A stretch of DNA of 64,000 nucleotides from Tubulanus polymorphus. Lineage: Eukaryota > Animalia > Nemertea. Position numbers and translations under genes: made by a program. How positions within the stretch are numbered: position 1 is the first letter of the stretch; the number at the start of each line of letters is the position of its first letter. This document shows, one piece after another, positions 50,915-64,000 of the stretch. The notes under the pieces are model-generated. The model was not told the DNA's origin and did not search any database. It saw only the letters and a program-made list of their open reading frames with translations. The DNA lies in assembly GCF_964204645.1 (NCBI RefSeq), contig NC_134031.1, forward strand, positions 14,247,807-14,311,806, in the 5' to 3' direction.

Positions 50915-51005
50915 TATATAGAGAATCCCAAAATAATAACGGTAAACAAAGTCCAAAATGTTTCCTAATATAGCTGGTAGCTTATTCGACGTTTCGATTG
51001 TATTC
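50915..51005 (-). mobile_element. Truncated copy of the 10.2-kb hammerhead element 3' tail
   Basis: Minus strand ATCGAAACGTCGAATAAGCTAC...CATTTTGGACTT...TTGGGATTCTCT aligns to 10214-10287; the CUGANGA half is not intact. Confidence 0.5.
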
Positions 51006-51529
51006 TCCTAAGCCCCATCTCAGTCTCCCCATAACAAATGAACTCAATCGGGAAGTTTTCAGTATAAAGGCAAATGTCAAATAAGTTTTGTGCCCGTTTT
51101 AGTGCAAGTTACCCCTGAGTAGTCATGAGAGGCACCCGGCCTTGATTTCTAATAATAACCCCGACGGTTGATGCACGCGATACATCAGGGTCGCGTCTTT
51201 GTGAATTAGTTTTCGCCGACATCGACCGAAAGTTCACGAAGGTTAATTCGCAGATACATGCTTAGTCTGAGTTAAAACATCGCCGATCAACAACACTGCG
51301 TCGTGAAGCCCGTCACCGTCGTGCGCGGAAAACACAAATTGCAATCGCAAATTGGCAAATCGAATCTCGAATATCGCGCTGTCACCGGGGATTCGTCAAA
51401 CGACGGCCGACGAGCTGATTCTGATCGCGATGCCACCAGACCACTAGTCACCAGAAACATATTGAATAATGTTTCTTCTGAAAGGAGAGAGTGAACGGGA
51501 AGTGTGAGGAAGATAGTGGAATGGAAGAG

Positions 51530-53045
51530 CGTATGAGAGGAGAGAGGGGAGAGAGAGAAGAGAGTGAGAGAGAGGGGAGGAAATACGAAAGGAAGAGGAG
51601 GGAGAGATATAAGAGAGAGAGGACAGAGATATGAGAGGGCGATGAAGGAGATATGAAAGGGGATTGAGAGGAGAAAGAGGAGAGGAGGTTGAGAGGAGGA
51701 AGAGGAGAGGGGATTGAGAGGAGGAAGGGGGGAAGGGGATTGAGAGGTGGAAGAGGAGAGGGGATTGAGAGGAGGAAGATGAAAGGGGATTGAGAGGAGG
51801 AAGAGGAGAAGGGGATTGAGAGGAGGAAGATGAGAGGGGATTGAGAGGAGGAAGATGAGCGGGGATTGAGAGGAGGAAGATGAGAGGGGATTGAGAGGAG
51901 GAAGATGATAGAGGATTGAGAGGAGGAAGATGAGAGGGGATTGAGAGGAGGAAGAGGAGAGGAGGTTGAGAGGAGGAAGAGGAGAGGGGATTGAGAGGAG
52001 GAAGGGGAGAAGGGGATTGAGAGGAGGAAGATGAGAGGAGGATTGAGAGGAGGAAGATGAGAGAGGATTGAGAGGAGGAAGAGGAGAGGGGATTGAGAGG
52101 AGGAAGAGGAGGATTGAGAGGAGGAAGAGGAGAGAGGATTGAGAGGAGAAGGATGAGAGGGGATTGAGAGGAGGAAGATGAGAGGAGGTTGAGAGGAGGA
52201 AGATGAGAGGGGATTGAGAGGAGGAAGATGAGAGGGGATTGAGAGGAGGGAGAGGAGAGGAGGATTGAGAGGAGGAAGAGGAGAGAGGATTGAGAGGAGG
52301 AAGAGGAGAGGGGATTGAGAGGAGGAAGATGAGAGGAGGTTGAGAGGAGGAAGATGAGAGGGGATTGAGAGGAGGAAGATGAGAGGGGATTGAGAGGAGG
52401 GAGAGGAGAAGGGGATTGAGAGGAGGAAGAGGAGAGAGGATTGAGAGGAGGAAGATGAGAGGAGGTTGAGAGGAGGAAGATGAGAGGGGATTGAGAGGAG
52501 GAAGATGAGAGGGGATTGAGAGGAGGGAGAGGAGAGGAGGATTGAGAGGAGGAAGAGGAGAAGGGGATTGAGAGGAGGAAGAGGAGAGAGGATTGAGAGG
52601 AGGAAGATTAGAGGGGATTGAGAGGAGGAAGATGAGAGGGGATTGAGAGGAGGAAAAGGAGAGGAGGATTGAGAGGAGAAGGATGAGAGGGGATTGAGAG
52701 GAGGAAGATGAGAGGGGATTGAGAGGAGGAAGAGGAGAGGGGATTGAGAGGAGGAAGATGAGAGGGGATTGAGAGGAGGAAGAGGAGAGGAGGTTGAGAG
52801 GAGGAAGATGAGAGGGGATTGAGAGGAGGAAGATGAGAGGGGATTGAGAGGAGGAAGATGAGAGGGGATTGAGAGGAGGAAGAGGAGAGGAGGTTGAGAG
52901 GAGGAAGGTGAGAGGGGATTGAGAGGAGGAAGAGGAGAGGGGATTGAGAGGAGGAAGAGGAGAGGAGGTTGAGAGGAGGAAGATGAGAGGGGATTGAGAG
53001 GAGAAAGATGAGAGGGGATTGAGGAGGGGGGATTGAGAGGGGATA
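51530..53045. repeat. 25-bp GA-rich minisatellite
   Basis: (GAGAGGGGATTGAGAGGAGGAAGAT)n; source of the 591-aa S/P/L ORF. Confidence 0.95.
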
Positions 53046-54006
53046 GAAGAATTGCTCATCATAAACTATTTTTAATCGAAACCTCCAGTACATGAAATAT
53101 TCCAATGAAAGTCACTGATAGCTCTGATCAAAATGTAATATGCCAGGTTTTTCTGAGACGATTCGATTTTCTCTATACTGTTCTGAAAAAAACCCGCCGC
53201 CGAGATTTGAATCTGATTCGCGAGAATATACTATTATCTAATGCCACACTTTTGTTGTCGGTTTCGAGTTTTCGGCGAAAGAAGTTTTTTCTTTCGTAAA
53301 TGTTGTTGTCATTCAATGAATGTCAGTTCGTTTGGTTTGGCGTCCCGGCGGGAATTGACGATCAGAAAACCGATTCTATCTGTGGTTGATGCGTCTTCCT
53401 CCAAACTAACGGTAATTCGAGCGAAGGCTTTACACTGCTTACAATTAGAGAGCCGCCGTGTAATAAGATGCGCAGGCGCATTGACGAATCCGATACAGGC
53501 AGACGGAGAGAGAAGGGAAACAGAAAACTAACAGAAAATATATGTATATCCGATGTTAGATACAAAGTAATTCGAGATGATGGAAATAAATTGAGGACGT
53601 GAATTTGAGATAAACTGCGCAATAAGGATTGAGAATCGGAAACTTATATCATTATATCGGTATACAGCAAAATTACTAAGCCGAAGAGATCTTTTCCTCA
53701 ATCTGTTTGTGTCACAGAAAAATGACGAATTACAACAAGTCCGATTTGTACTTAAAACTAAATGAGCATCATACGCCCCATTTTTTCTTGGAATGCTAGC
53801 TCGAGATCCTGAAGTCAAAAATCCCTTATCACCAAGTAGTGTTGTTGGTTAAAATGTGCGTGGCTTAATTCTCTTGACTAAGAACATAGTTCCACAGTTA
53901 TATACGTACAATTTGTCTCTGGTCCCAGTTTCCACAGTAATGTGGGCTTAACTTGTCCATGGACCCAGTAAGGCAGTTGTGTGGGTTTAAGTTAGTCTGG
54001 ACGTAT

Positions 54007-54334
54007 TGATAAGATAAGATATAACTTTATTCTCCTGACTAAAATTGATAGTATAAGGAGGTCTAAAAAAGATCATACATAGAAAAATACAATACAGGAA
54101 AGACACAAAATAATGCAAGCATTGATTGCTTCAATTCTCAATTAAAAATACAGTTATCTAAGTACCAACGCGTATGAAACCAGTCATGCATGACTGGTTT
54201 CATACGCGTTGACTTATTTTCACAGTTTAGTAGTTCATTATACATGAGAGTATTTGGACGTTTCCAGAATGCGTCTGGTATATACTTTTTCCTTAATTCT
54301 AAGTGTTGTGGGTATGTTAATAAAGAATGAAATT
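54007..54334 (-). mobile_element. LINE 3'-end fragment
   Basis: EFHSLLTYP..LELRKKYIP...RPN...ELL resembles the non-LTR ORF2 C-terminal 'DEFHFLL.CP...LR..YI' region; minus-strand AATAAA plus a (TCTTA)n tail. Confidence 0.65.
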
Positions 54335-55129
54335 CGTATTGGCCCCACTCCGCGCGGTTGCGCCACCGCGCGGGATTTACGCAAAGCAGCAGAAACAATC
54401 GTGGCCACTTTAAGAATTTTCAATGATAGAAATTGTATATGAATTTCAATCATTTTAGCTGTTCGGGTTCCAAGGTACGATTTAACTAGATGATGTGATA
54501 TGGCGATGTTAATAAATGATAATGCCGCAGTGAAGCTAGTCACAAACTGTCCCGATTCAGTGTACAGCTGCCAAAAACATATAAATTGGCGTAGTTACAT
54601 AACTATTTGCAAAGAATTGCAGACGAAACATGAGGCCTTAATGGCCGTTTACAAAAACATTTTAGCAATCATAATTGAAAGATAATAATGATATACAACT
54701 TTCTTAAAACTATGGCCATTTCTGAAATTGTATTACTAATTTGTAGTCAGTGCGGAACGTTTGGTTTTGGAACAAAAATGAGGGGTGGTAGATAGTCATT
54801 CATTTCAAGTTATGATATACCACATGTTACCTCCGTGTTGTTGAAAATCTCACGAGAATGGCGCAATAGTGAAACTGGCAAATAAATGCCAAATATCATA
54901 CATACTTTTTGTGCATATTCTTAATTTATCCGCTATAAAGTGCCGATAAACAATTGCATGTTTACGATCAGTATGTTTGGCGGCGATGGTTGCCTGGGAC
55001 GCGATTTCTGCCCATTTCTGATAAAAGGGTGTAAGTCAAAATTTTTCGAAAATCAGGTTTTGATTGATCCTACCTAATTTGGACCTGCTCTTTCATTTGG
55101 TGCAATCCTCAGATCATTATCTCTCACCG

Positions 55130-58050
55130 TTAGGGAGATAAAAAATGAGAAAAGGAAGTATGTCTTATCATTTTTCTCATATTACCTGACAAAATGCAGT
55201 AAGTTATTGTTTGAACGACTGATATAAGTATCAAATGACAAAAAGAAGTATGTTTCGCTAAGCAATCTGACTTACTTCGTTTTGTCAGATAGATCATGTT
55301 ATATACTTCTTTTTGTCAGATAAGCCATCGCACATACTTCCTTCTGCCAGGTAAGTTGTCTGACCTACTTCCTTTTGTCAATGCATTTTTTGAAACTGAA
55401 ACAGTTTTAATTGTTGGAATTTGTGTTGTTAGGATTCTTATTTCAATCATCCATGATAGTATTAGGTTAAAAACGAATACATTTGAAGTGTCTGGATCTT
55501 GAGAATTGCAGGTATGTATCTAAAGTTTTCACCAAATAATAGAAACATTTCCTCTGTTCCAAGCATGGATGTTTCGTCACTGTTTCATCATTATCATTAT
55601 TATTATAAGACCTATCACTGGATTGAAAACTGACCACTGGATTGAAAACTGGCCTATGCTATGCAATTTCAGAATTTCTATCATTTTCAGCATGGCCTGA
55701 GCTATATAATGCTTCAAATTTCGATCTCTCATCTTTACTCTTTTCAGGATGTCCCTCCTTAGCTTTAGTGACGTTTTTAGAACCCTTCGAGGCAGGTATT
55801 GTGGATGACGGAGAGAACATTTTGAATGCGAATTCAATGCAAGCCACTGTACCGGCTGAAATTGAAAGTAGCGCTTCAACGGGTGAAAATTAACCTCAGC
55901 ATAACGACAAAGAAAACGAAATCCCGCCCCCTAAGAAAAAAAGGCTCACTCCAACTGAACAGCACGACAAACTCGTTTCGGACCATCCATTACTTATAAG
56001 TTGTGCATGCAAGCGTTTGAAATGCCATGAAAAATTTACAGAAATCGAAAGACGAAATATTCATGACAGCTTTTGGAATATAACTGATTATAGTGAGCGA
56101 AAAGCTTGGGTATTCCATCATGTCAAGTGTTGCGATTCCAAATCTGCAAGCGATAGAAAGGTTCGTAAATTCTATCTGCCAGTGGCTACGGCTGCTCTTG
56201 ATGTTGAAGTTTGCCAGACATTCTTCTTACAGACCTTAGGGTATAAGAGCGATCGGATTCTTACGCATACCTTGGCTGCACAACAGGGTCAAAATGTATT
56301 TTCGCCACCGAAAGACAAGAGAGGAAAACATGCTCCTAAACATCCCATGACCACGGAACTACATGAAAAATTGAAAGCGCATGTTGAGGCCTATAACCCA
56401 TCGATCAGTCATTACAGAAGAGAACACGCCCCTCATACTCGATATCTCACTACAGAAATAAATGCCACAGTAATGCATGATGATTTCAACAAACTCTTTC
56501 CAGATTCCAATGTCTCCTATGTTACATATATCCGCATTCTAAAAGAGATAAAAATTAGTTTCACCAAACTCGGGGAAGAGGAATGTGAAATATGTATCGA
56601 ATACAAGAAGCATCAATGCAGTATGGAAGATTGTCAGATATGTCAATTCCATGAAAAACACCAAGATTGTGTGAAAGAAGCAAGAAGTATGTATAAGAAT
56701 GGTGCCAGTAAAATGTATGATGGTGAAACTATGATTGTATCCGCTGATTTAGAAAAGGTTATAATGTTACCCCGGTTACCTGGTTTGAAGACAGCTCTGT
56801 TTACAAGACGACTGGTTGCCTTCAACGAGACTTTTGCACCACTTGGAGCAAATTATTCGAGTATGAAACCTACAGGTGTGATTTGGACAGAGGCAGTAAG
56901 TGGAAGAAATGACGAAGATATTGCCAGTTGTTTCGTCAAATTCCTGAGATCATCCCCGTGCCGAGATACGGAAAATATTATCATTTACTGTGACAACTGT
57001 AGTGGTCAGAATAAGAATTGGACCCTATATAGTGCTCTGTGTAGAGAGGTTAATATGAATGACGAAAACAAAACTGTAGTCTTGAAATACCTTGAGAAAG
57101 GTCACACATTTATGAGTGCGGATACATTCCACAGTAAAGTTGAGAGAGAAATGAAAAGGCGAAAAAATGTATATGATTTCGACGATTACAAATCATTCAT
57201 TGAAAAAAATGGCACTGCTATCGTCATGAAACATTCCGACTTCGTTAGGTATGAAAATGAAATGTCCAGTGGAAGATATACTTTGAAACCACACTTAGCA
57301 GCGGTTAAAATCGTTATGTTTAAAGCTGGATCGACTAAGATTTTCTGGAAAGAATCCTACAAATCAGTAGAATATAATGAGGGAGAGTTTCTGAAAAAAA
57401 AGGTTGCTGCCATGATCCTTAACCGCCAAAATATGTATCAGCATCGTGAAAATGACAGGGGTATACCAGGTCCAAAGAAACAGGGTATTTGCTCAAAACT
57501 ATGTCCACTTAAACCGATGAACAGAAAACTTAGCCATCAATGATAGTTCTCGCGACTTGATAAGTCAATATGAATAGACTAAAGAGCATGATTAAGCATA
57601 GGCTAATAATTATGAGTTTTGTTTACAAAGTTTGTATTCGTTATATTAGAATAATACATACATTGCAATATTACTGTTTATTGCACCGTTGTTCGGATCA
57701 ATCGAAATATAGGGGATACTGTAGTTCCACGAATTTAAAAATGAGATTTTATGTTAAACGTCCTTAGATCGACTTATCTGAAATAGATTGTCATAATTTG
57801 TTAGGTATACTTGGGATACATTTTTTCATCATTATACATCACTTATGAATAATAATAAAGTTTGTTTTTGATATTGAATTTTTAGTCTGATGTGTCCATT
57901 AACTTCCTTTTGTTAAAGAAAATGGCCCTGTAAAAAGTGTTTTTATGATCGATTAAACGACAGAAGGAAGTAAGTTGACGTACTTTGTTAAATATGCCAG
58001 ATATTTAAACGATATTTTCTGACATAAAGAAGTATATCAAAAATCTCCCA
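55130..58050 (+). mobile_element. Sola1-like DNA transposon (boundaries approximate)
   Basis: Transposase flanked on both sides by multiple (AAAG)GAAGTA / TACTTC(C/T)TTT subterminal motifs in both orientations; exact TIR tips and TSD not resolved. Confidence 0.6.
55748..57597 (+). pseudogene. Sola1-type DDE/D transposase, disrupted
   Basis: ORF 56017-57543: VCQTFFLQTLG, DKRGKH, SHYRREHAP, SADLEKV..LP, YCDNCSGQNKN, GHTFMSADTFHSKVE. The same frame continues upstream through a TAA at 55891; a plausible C-terminus (ENLAINDSSRDLISQYE*) sits in another frame. Confidence 0.8.
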
Positions 58051-60799
58051 GAATCCTGCATAAATTACGGAAATAACTTCATATATAGGTAGGGGGATAC
58101 TTGGCTCAAGTAGGGTATTGCATAGTATAGTTCCTTCGCGTATGCTTACTGCGTTGTTCGGTTTATGTGTATCCCAAAGAAAGTTGTCATGTCGACACAT
58201 TCACATCGCCAGCCATTAACATTCCATATGTCAACGTGTCGACGTATCTACCAACCGACAAATTAACTACTAACGATCTATTAACCTCATACACCAAACA
58301 CACCACGTGACCAAACACATGATAAACCCCATACTTAAAATACAAATTGCATTTCTATTTTTCTTTTGTCAATTCCAGTTCTCTGATATTAGTTTCAACA
58401 CGGTTAAGCATTCAAATTCACAGGAGATTCATTATTTAACTTCATCACTGTTATCGTGAGATGCGCCTCCCAAAAAACAAACGTGGGGACTATGAAATAT
58501 GGCATTGTTCACATTGCTACAGAACGACGTCGATACGTGCCGGCTCTTTTTTTCAAAATCAAAAATAAAACTTTCGCAGCTGATGCTTATAGTTAACTTT
58601 TTCGGTAGATTTACTTTCTCTTCAATGGGCCAACCAACAAACAACCAACAGTAGTCGACTGTCACTAGTCGTCGGTCAACCTGTACATGAACTGTTCCTT
58701 TGCTGCGCATTAATACCCAATTATCAATGTATTAATGCGCTGATACATTAACCGCAGAACTTATTAACTCTACGCCAAGGCACTATACTATGCTATATCC
58801 GACTTGGGCCGGATACTTAAACGCTATGAGGTATAATTCTTAATGTTCTGTGATTTTTTAGTTTGGAGGGGCAATGGTTTTTAACGAAAAATCTTTCACG
58901 CCAAATTTCTCAAAACAGTACACGAGGAACATACACCCTTTTGTCAGAAATGGGCAGATTTCTTTTAACAAGAGAGTTTCCGCCATCTTGTTTGCTGTGC
59001 GCATGCTCCCAACCTACGAACAAACTACAGCGTCAAATAGCCTACCGGAACCCACCTGGGCACCCTTTCTACGTCTACATCAATTTTCTGACACCGTTTT
59101 TGCATTTTTCATTCGTGAACCAGTGTGTCAATATGTTTATCAGCATACCGGGGGACCTCCAGAGGTTAAGATGGATCTTTGAACATATGAAAATTTGGAA
59201 ATATTGATTTTCGCCACGTATGTCATTCGTATATTTCAACTCGTAGACTTTTGTAGGATATGATTAAAGAATTCGCACATGCGATCGGCCATCCCGCTCG
59301 TGCTTGAAATGGAAATTAATATCTCGTACGATGATGAGTGAAAGAAAATAAAAGATGAAATCTAAATCATTCGATTCTTTCAAAGAAATGCATTCGAAAA
59401 TTGTTTGGAAATAAACTGGATTTTTATTAGAACTCATTTCACATTACCCATTCAACACCCAACTAACCACAGCTTTGATATGACAATCCTATTATCTAGT
59501 GTGTTTCTCCTTGGATTCAGTTTCTCAAGCTGTGCGGTGGGTTTAATTCGTCTCTGGACCCAGTTTCACGCTCGGGTTTAATTTGTCTCTGGAACTAATT
59601 GTGTGGTAGGAAACGCGTAGGAGCGCTCATTATCAATTGAAACCTTGGCCTGGTATTTTTCAGAGGATGATTGAATTAAATTCAGTTAACTGCAGACATA
59701 GGCTGAGGATCGACTAACAAACGCGGTTCTGATTGCACAGTTTGACAAACTGATTTCCTAATCGAAACCGACTCTTCTTCGACGGCGCCGAAATAACGAG
59801 TCGTTGTGCGATTCTCGCTGTGCAAATCATCATCATTATCCTTAATACTTCTGAGAGAGAAATCATAGCTTTAATTGTTTAGCTTTGCGTCTCAGAACAG
59901 AATCTTTATCTAGATTTGTTTGTTCAATCGACACTTGCTTGAAATAATCCCGCCGCGCTCGGAGTAAATTCAACAGCCTCTTATGGACTATACCATAGAG
60001 AGTTTGCTGTTACGAATCTCAACAATGTTCAGGACCCAGTTCCACTGTTCTGAAATACGATTCGTCTCAAGAGTTAATTCATTATAGTTACGTATAACTC
60101 ACGCAACTGTAGAACTGGATCCAGAAGTCAGTTCCACAGTCACTGTAAAATCTGGGCCCTTGCTTGATCAACTGAAAACTGTTTTGATTTCGTAACCTCT
60201 GATGAACGAAGCAACGGAACGAAAACGTCTACCGAAATAAACCAAATCGGGGCACCCAACCGGAGCTAAACGGATATTTGAGTTAAACAGAGTAAGTTGA
60301 CTGACTCTTATTCATACTTAGGGAGCGTCGGCGAATCGGAAATCTGCTAACGGATCAAATTATTTGTTTCTTGTCATAATATCTGCGACAAACAGGGAAT
60401 TACTTCAGAAGGGTGTAAAAATCTGAACCTAGTAATTCTATACACGACGGTCTGTTTTATCTGTCGGTAACGGATTAATTCGATATTTAGCACGAGATAC
60501 CCACTGTTGAGTTTCAAAAGTTACCGGTTTTTGTGACTTATTAGAAAATGTCGCGGAAACGAAAAATGTCAAACGTTGATTCGGAAAGCGAAATCAGACG
60601 AAGTAGATCGTGTGATGTTTAAAAACTACACAGATCCCGAACCGGAAAATTCAGACGATCAATAGCTAAGTGCCTATTACAGCCACTCGTCTGTGAGACT
60701 GCGGCAAAATATAAGAGTCAAATTTCCCCCGAAAAATATCAGTTTTTATTTCTCGCGTCAAGCTCGAATTATCGGCTTTTAACATTTATCCGCACTGTT

Positions 60800-61015
60800 C
60801 CCAGAACTGTGGAACTGGGTCCAGAACTGTGGAACTGTGCCCAGAACCGTAGAACTGGGTCCTGAACTGTGGACCTCTTGAGTCATGAACTGTGATACTG
60901 AGTCCTGAACCCACTGTGGAACTTAGAGTCCTGAGCTGCGGAACTTTTGAGTCCTGAACTGTGGACCTCTTGAGTCATGAACTGTGGAACTCTTGAGTCC
61001 TGAACCGTGGAACTA
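60800..61015 (+). repeat. ~20-24-bp tandem repeat (GAACTGTGGAACT family)
   Basis: Repeated CCTGAACTGTGGA(A/C)CT; an inverted array lies at ~63630-63720. Confidence 0.8.
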
Positions 61016-61484
61016 GATCTCATCGTATTTTAAAAAAATCGTGATTTAAAAAGGCGGTGGCATTGACACAGCGTCGGGCAAAAAATAACGTGGCTCTATG
61101 CGTCATGTCCATGAATGTCTGAAAAAATATTTCTCCTTTCTTGGTTTATTTTTAATTCACAAGTTACAGTAACGCGTGTCTATAAATTCTGCCGTTCAGA
61201 ATCAGTCTCAAATCAAGCGAACATTTACTACTAAAAAACCTACTGTCAGGAACAAGCCGTAGTGATCCCTTCCTCTCCCCCTCTCGCTACGAGAGTCAAT
61301 CTCAGCTGGATCGATATGAAATCTGCCGATAAACCAAGCACAGATTGTCTTTTGCAGAAGATGGAAAGGAATATTTGCGAATGATTTCCGATAAACGATT
61401 CTGAATGAAGCAATCTATAAATCTTTAACATAGATAACATAACTGCATGATTTATTATCTCGATAATATATCTCAACTTTGGTG

Positions 61485-61810
61485 TAGGTCTAGGTCAACT
61501 AGAGATATCTCAACCTAGAGGAAATGTTTGCCTAGGTTCACTAGAGTGTAGCCCAAAGATATCTCAACCTAGAGGAAATGTATGCCTAGGTCCACTAGAG
61601 TGGAGTCAAGAGATATCTCAACCTATAGAGGAAATGTTGGTCTGGGTCAACTAGAGCGGAGTAGAGGAAATGTTGGTCTGGGTCCACTAGAGTGGAGTCA
61701 AGAGATATCTCAACCTATAGAGGAAATGTTGGTCTGGGTCCACTAGAGCGGAGTAGAGGAAATGTTGGTCTGGGTCCACCAGAGTGGAGTCCAGAGATAT
61801 CTCAATCCAG
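61485..61810. repeat. ~53-55-bp tandem repeat
   Basis: CTAGAGGAAATGT...GGTCCACTAGAGTGGAGTC..GAGATATCTCAAC. Confidence 0.85.
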
Positions 61811-62479
61811 GAAGAAAGCCACTAAATATTTGGATGGATATATGAAAGCTGTGGGTACTGGAGTGTGTAATGGGTAGTGTAGTGTGATCTGTGTGCATTT
61901 GTGGCCAGCACACAGATCACATTGTTCATTGGGGTTTAGTCCAGGACTCGCGAGATTTTCAACAACACGGAAGTAACGTGTAATAAATGATGACTTGAAT
62001 TGCATGACTACCTACCACCCCTCATTATTGTTGGAAAACTAAACGTTCCGCACTGACTAAAAATTAGTAATAATAATTAATAATATTTTAGAAATGGCCA
62101 GAATTTTAATTTAGGTTCTATCTCATTTTTATTTTACAATTGCGATTGGTATAATTTTTTTTAAACGGCCGTTAAGGCTTCATGTTTCGTCTGCAATTCA
62201 CTGCAAATAGTTACGCAACTACGCACATTTCAGTGTTTTTGGCAGCTGTACACTCAATCGGCACCGTTCGTGACTAGCTTCACTGCGGAATTATCATTAA
62301 TTAACATCGCCATATCACATCATCAACTTATATTGTGCCTTAAAACCCTAACAGCAGAAATAATTGAAATGCACACACGATTTCTATCATTGAAAATTGA
62401 GAGAGTGGCCGTGTTTGTGTTCTGCTGCTTCACGTAAATCCCGCGGGGTGGCGCCACCGCGTGGAGTGGGGCCGATACG

Positions 62480-62745
62480 TCTAGAGGAAATGTATTTCTA
62501 GGTCAACTAGAGTGGAGTCGAGAGATATCTCAACTTAGAGGAAATGTATTTCTAGGTCAACTAGAGTGGAGTCCAGAGATATCTCAATCTAGAGGAAATG
62601 TATTTCTGGGTCCACTTAGGCGGGGTCCAGAATTATCTCAATCCAGAAAAAATGTAGTTCTGGGTCCAGTGAGTGGAGTCAGAGATATCTGAACCTGGTA
62701 TAGAGGATATGTAGTTCTGGGTCATCTAGAGCGGCGCCCAAAGAT
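62480..62745. repeat. ~53-bp tandem repeat (same family as 61485-61810)
   Basis: Same unit, separated from the first array by ~670 bp. Confidence 0.85.
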
Positions 62746-64000
62746 ACCACAACCTCTTTGGGGCTCTTTAGGTCTAAAGGTCGAGTCAAGTCCAGGAATA
62801 TTGTGATGGAGAGTTTTACAGTGTGACTGACGGGTTTGAAACGTTTAGCAAACATATTTTTTACATTCTCGCAGCTACAATGCGATGCGAACCAATTGAT
62901 ATTGATATTGATATATTCACCTCCGTTTGAACTATCATGCCTACAGATCATAGGATCAATTTTCTAGACTTACTGATTATTCCCATTGATGCGATTATCA
63001 CTACGAATAATACTCGACCGTACGCTCCAGTGCCCACCGTGACGTCATCACCGGAACAACAACTGTCATTTCCGCCACGAAACGAGTCACGTGATGCGCA
63101 TTTTCATTGAGAAAATCGATAAAACTTCGTTAGAAATCTCGATTTTACCGATGGTGCAGTTTTGATAATATAGTGCGCAAAGCAATCATAAATGATGACC
63201 AACAGTTCTGCGTAGCGTTCAAAAACGGAAGTCGTCTAGTCACGTAGTTCCGGCGATCAATTACTAGTAGCCATTAGAAGTCGGGTAGTTTACAGGAATC
63301 ATGCTCAGGTGCAGACGTTTGCCGGAATAACCGTCGCGGCGTAGACGTTTATTCAACGTTTGACGTCATTGTTGCATTGTTTCAGTCACGTATATGAGAT
63401 GAAGCCTGTGCGGATATGGTGCGACGGGTTTAATCCCGCCCTGCAGCAGCAACAACAACAGACGTGCCTCTATGCCCAATGTCAAGGTGAAGAGCGCACG
63501 TGTTTACTACCAGGATCGAAAAAATTTGATCATTAATTCTTATGGCAGAATCTCTGTCTGAACATATGCTATACGAAAAAATATACTTTCCAGGATCTAA
63601 GAAAAAATCAAACCTATAAAGTTCTGGATCAGGTTCCACAGTTCTGAACTCAGGTCCACACTTCTGAACTCAGTTTCACAGTTCTGGATCCAATCTTACA
63701 GTTCTGGACCAAGTTCCACGGGAACTGTGGTCGTGGGTAACCCGTGGTTGCACAGTTTTGTTTGTACTGTAGCGCGCGGTCAGAGTGTGGAATACCATGT
63801 AATCGTATCAACGTCGTGGTCTCAACGACGATTTAATTATGAAATAACACCTTATGTCTATTTCAACTTGTTTAAAGAGAGGTTGGGTTTTCTATAGCTC
63901 AGTCAGTTAGAGTACTACATACCTGATATAGGTGTTCAAAGACCAGTACAGATGGACAGCCAAAAACATCGATTTTTAATTCCATTTTCTACAGAATCGA

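Noticed and set aside
51287-53105. 591-aa Ser/Pro/Leu ORF
   Set aside because: Translation of a 25-bp GA minisatellite; the period is not a multiple of three, so the peptide cycles through frames.
58705-58740. 12-bp-stem hairpin GCGCATTAATAC/GTATTAATGCGC
   Set aside because: Isolated; a bacterial-style terminator call is inappropriate here and there is no other support.
60198-60245. CTGATGA...GAAAACGTC hammerhead-like words (also 5090, 11684, 36654)
   Set aside because: No stem II or stem I pairing between the core words.

Overview
Repeat-rich eukaryotic (metazoan, probably invertebrate) genomic DNA. No rRNA, intact tRNA or CRISPR array is visible. I can support one host gene: a minus-strand, two-coding-exon type II membrane GH31/MYORG-like protein (join complement 14548..14810,15179..16721; 601 aa) whose catalytic motifs look degenerate. 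The mobile DNA includes (1) a young Gypsy-type LTR element (41526-48105) with apparently identical 754-bp LTRs, a GTAT TSD and a tRNA-Phe PBS, encoding only Gag plus a -1-frameshifted protease; (2) a disabled Sola1-type DDE transposon; (3) a 5'-truncated Penelope-like element (PLE; GIY-YIG); (4) LINE 3' fragments; (5) a Helentron-type non-autonomous element; (6) several MITEs; and (7) many mini- and microsatellites, which explain most of the long low-complexity ORFs. The most unusual signal is a set of very short (130-260 bp), protein-free insertions built around minimal hammerhead ribozymes. Each is flanked by a 10-13-bp target-site duplication like that of the Penelope copy, they share a TGTGGGA 3' motif, and two are tail-out palindromes carrying ribozyme sequence on both strands. 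All calls were made by eye; no database searches or folding programs were run.
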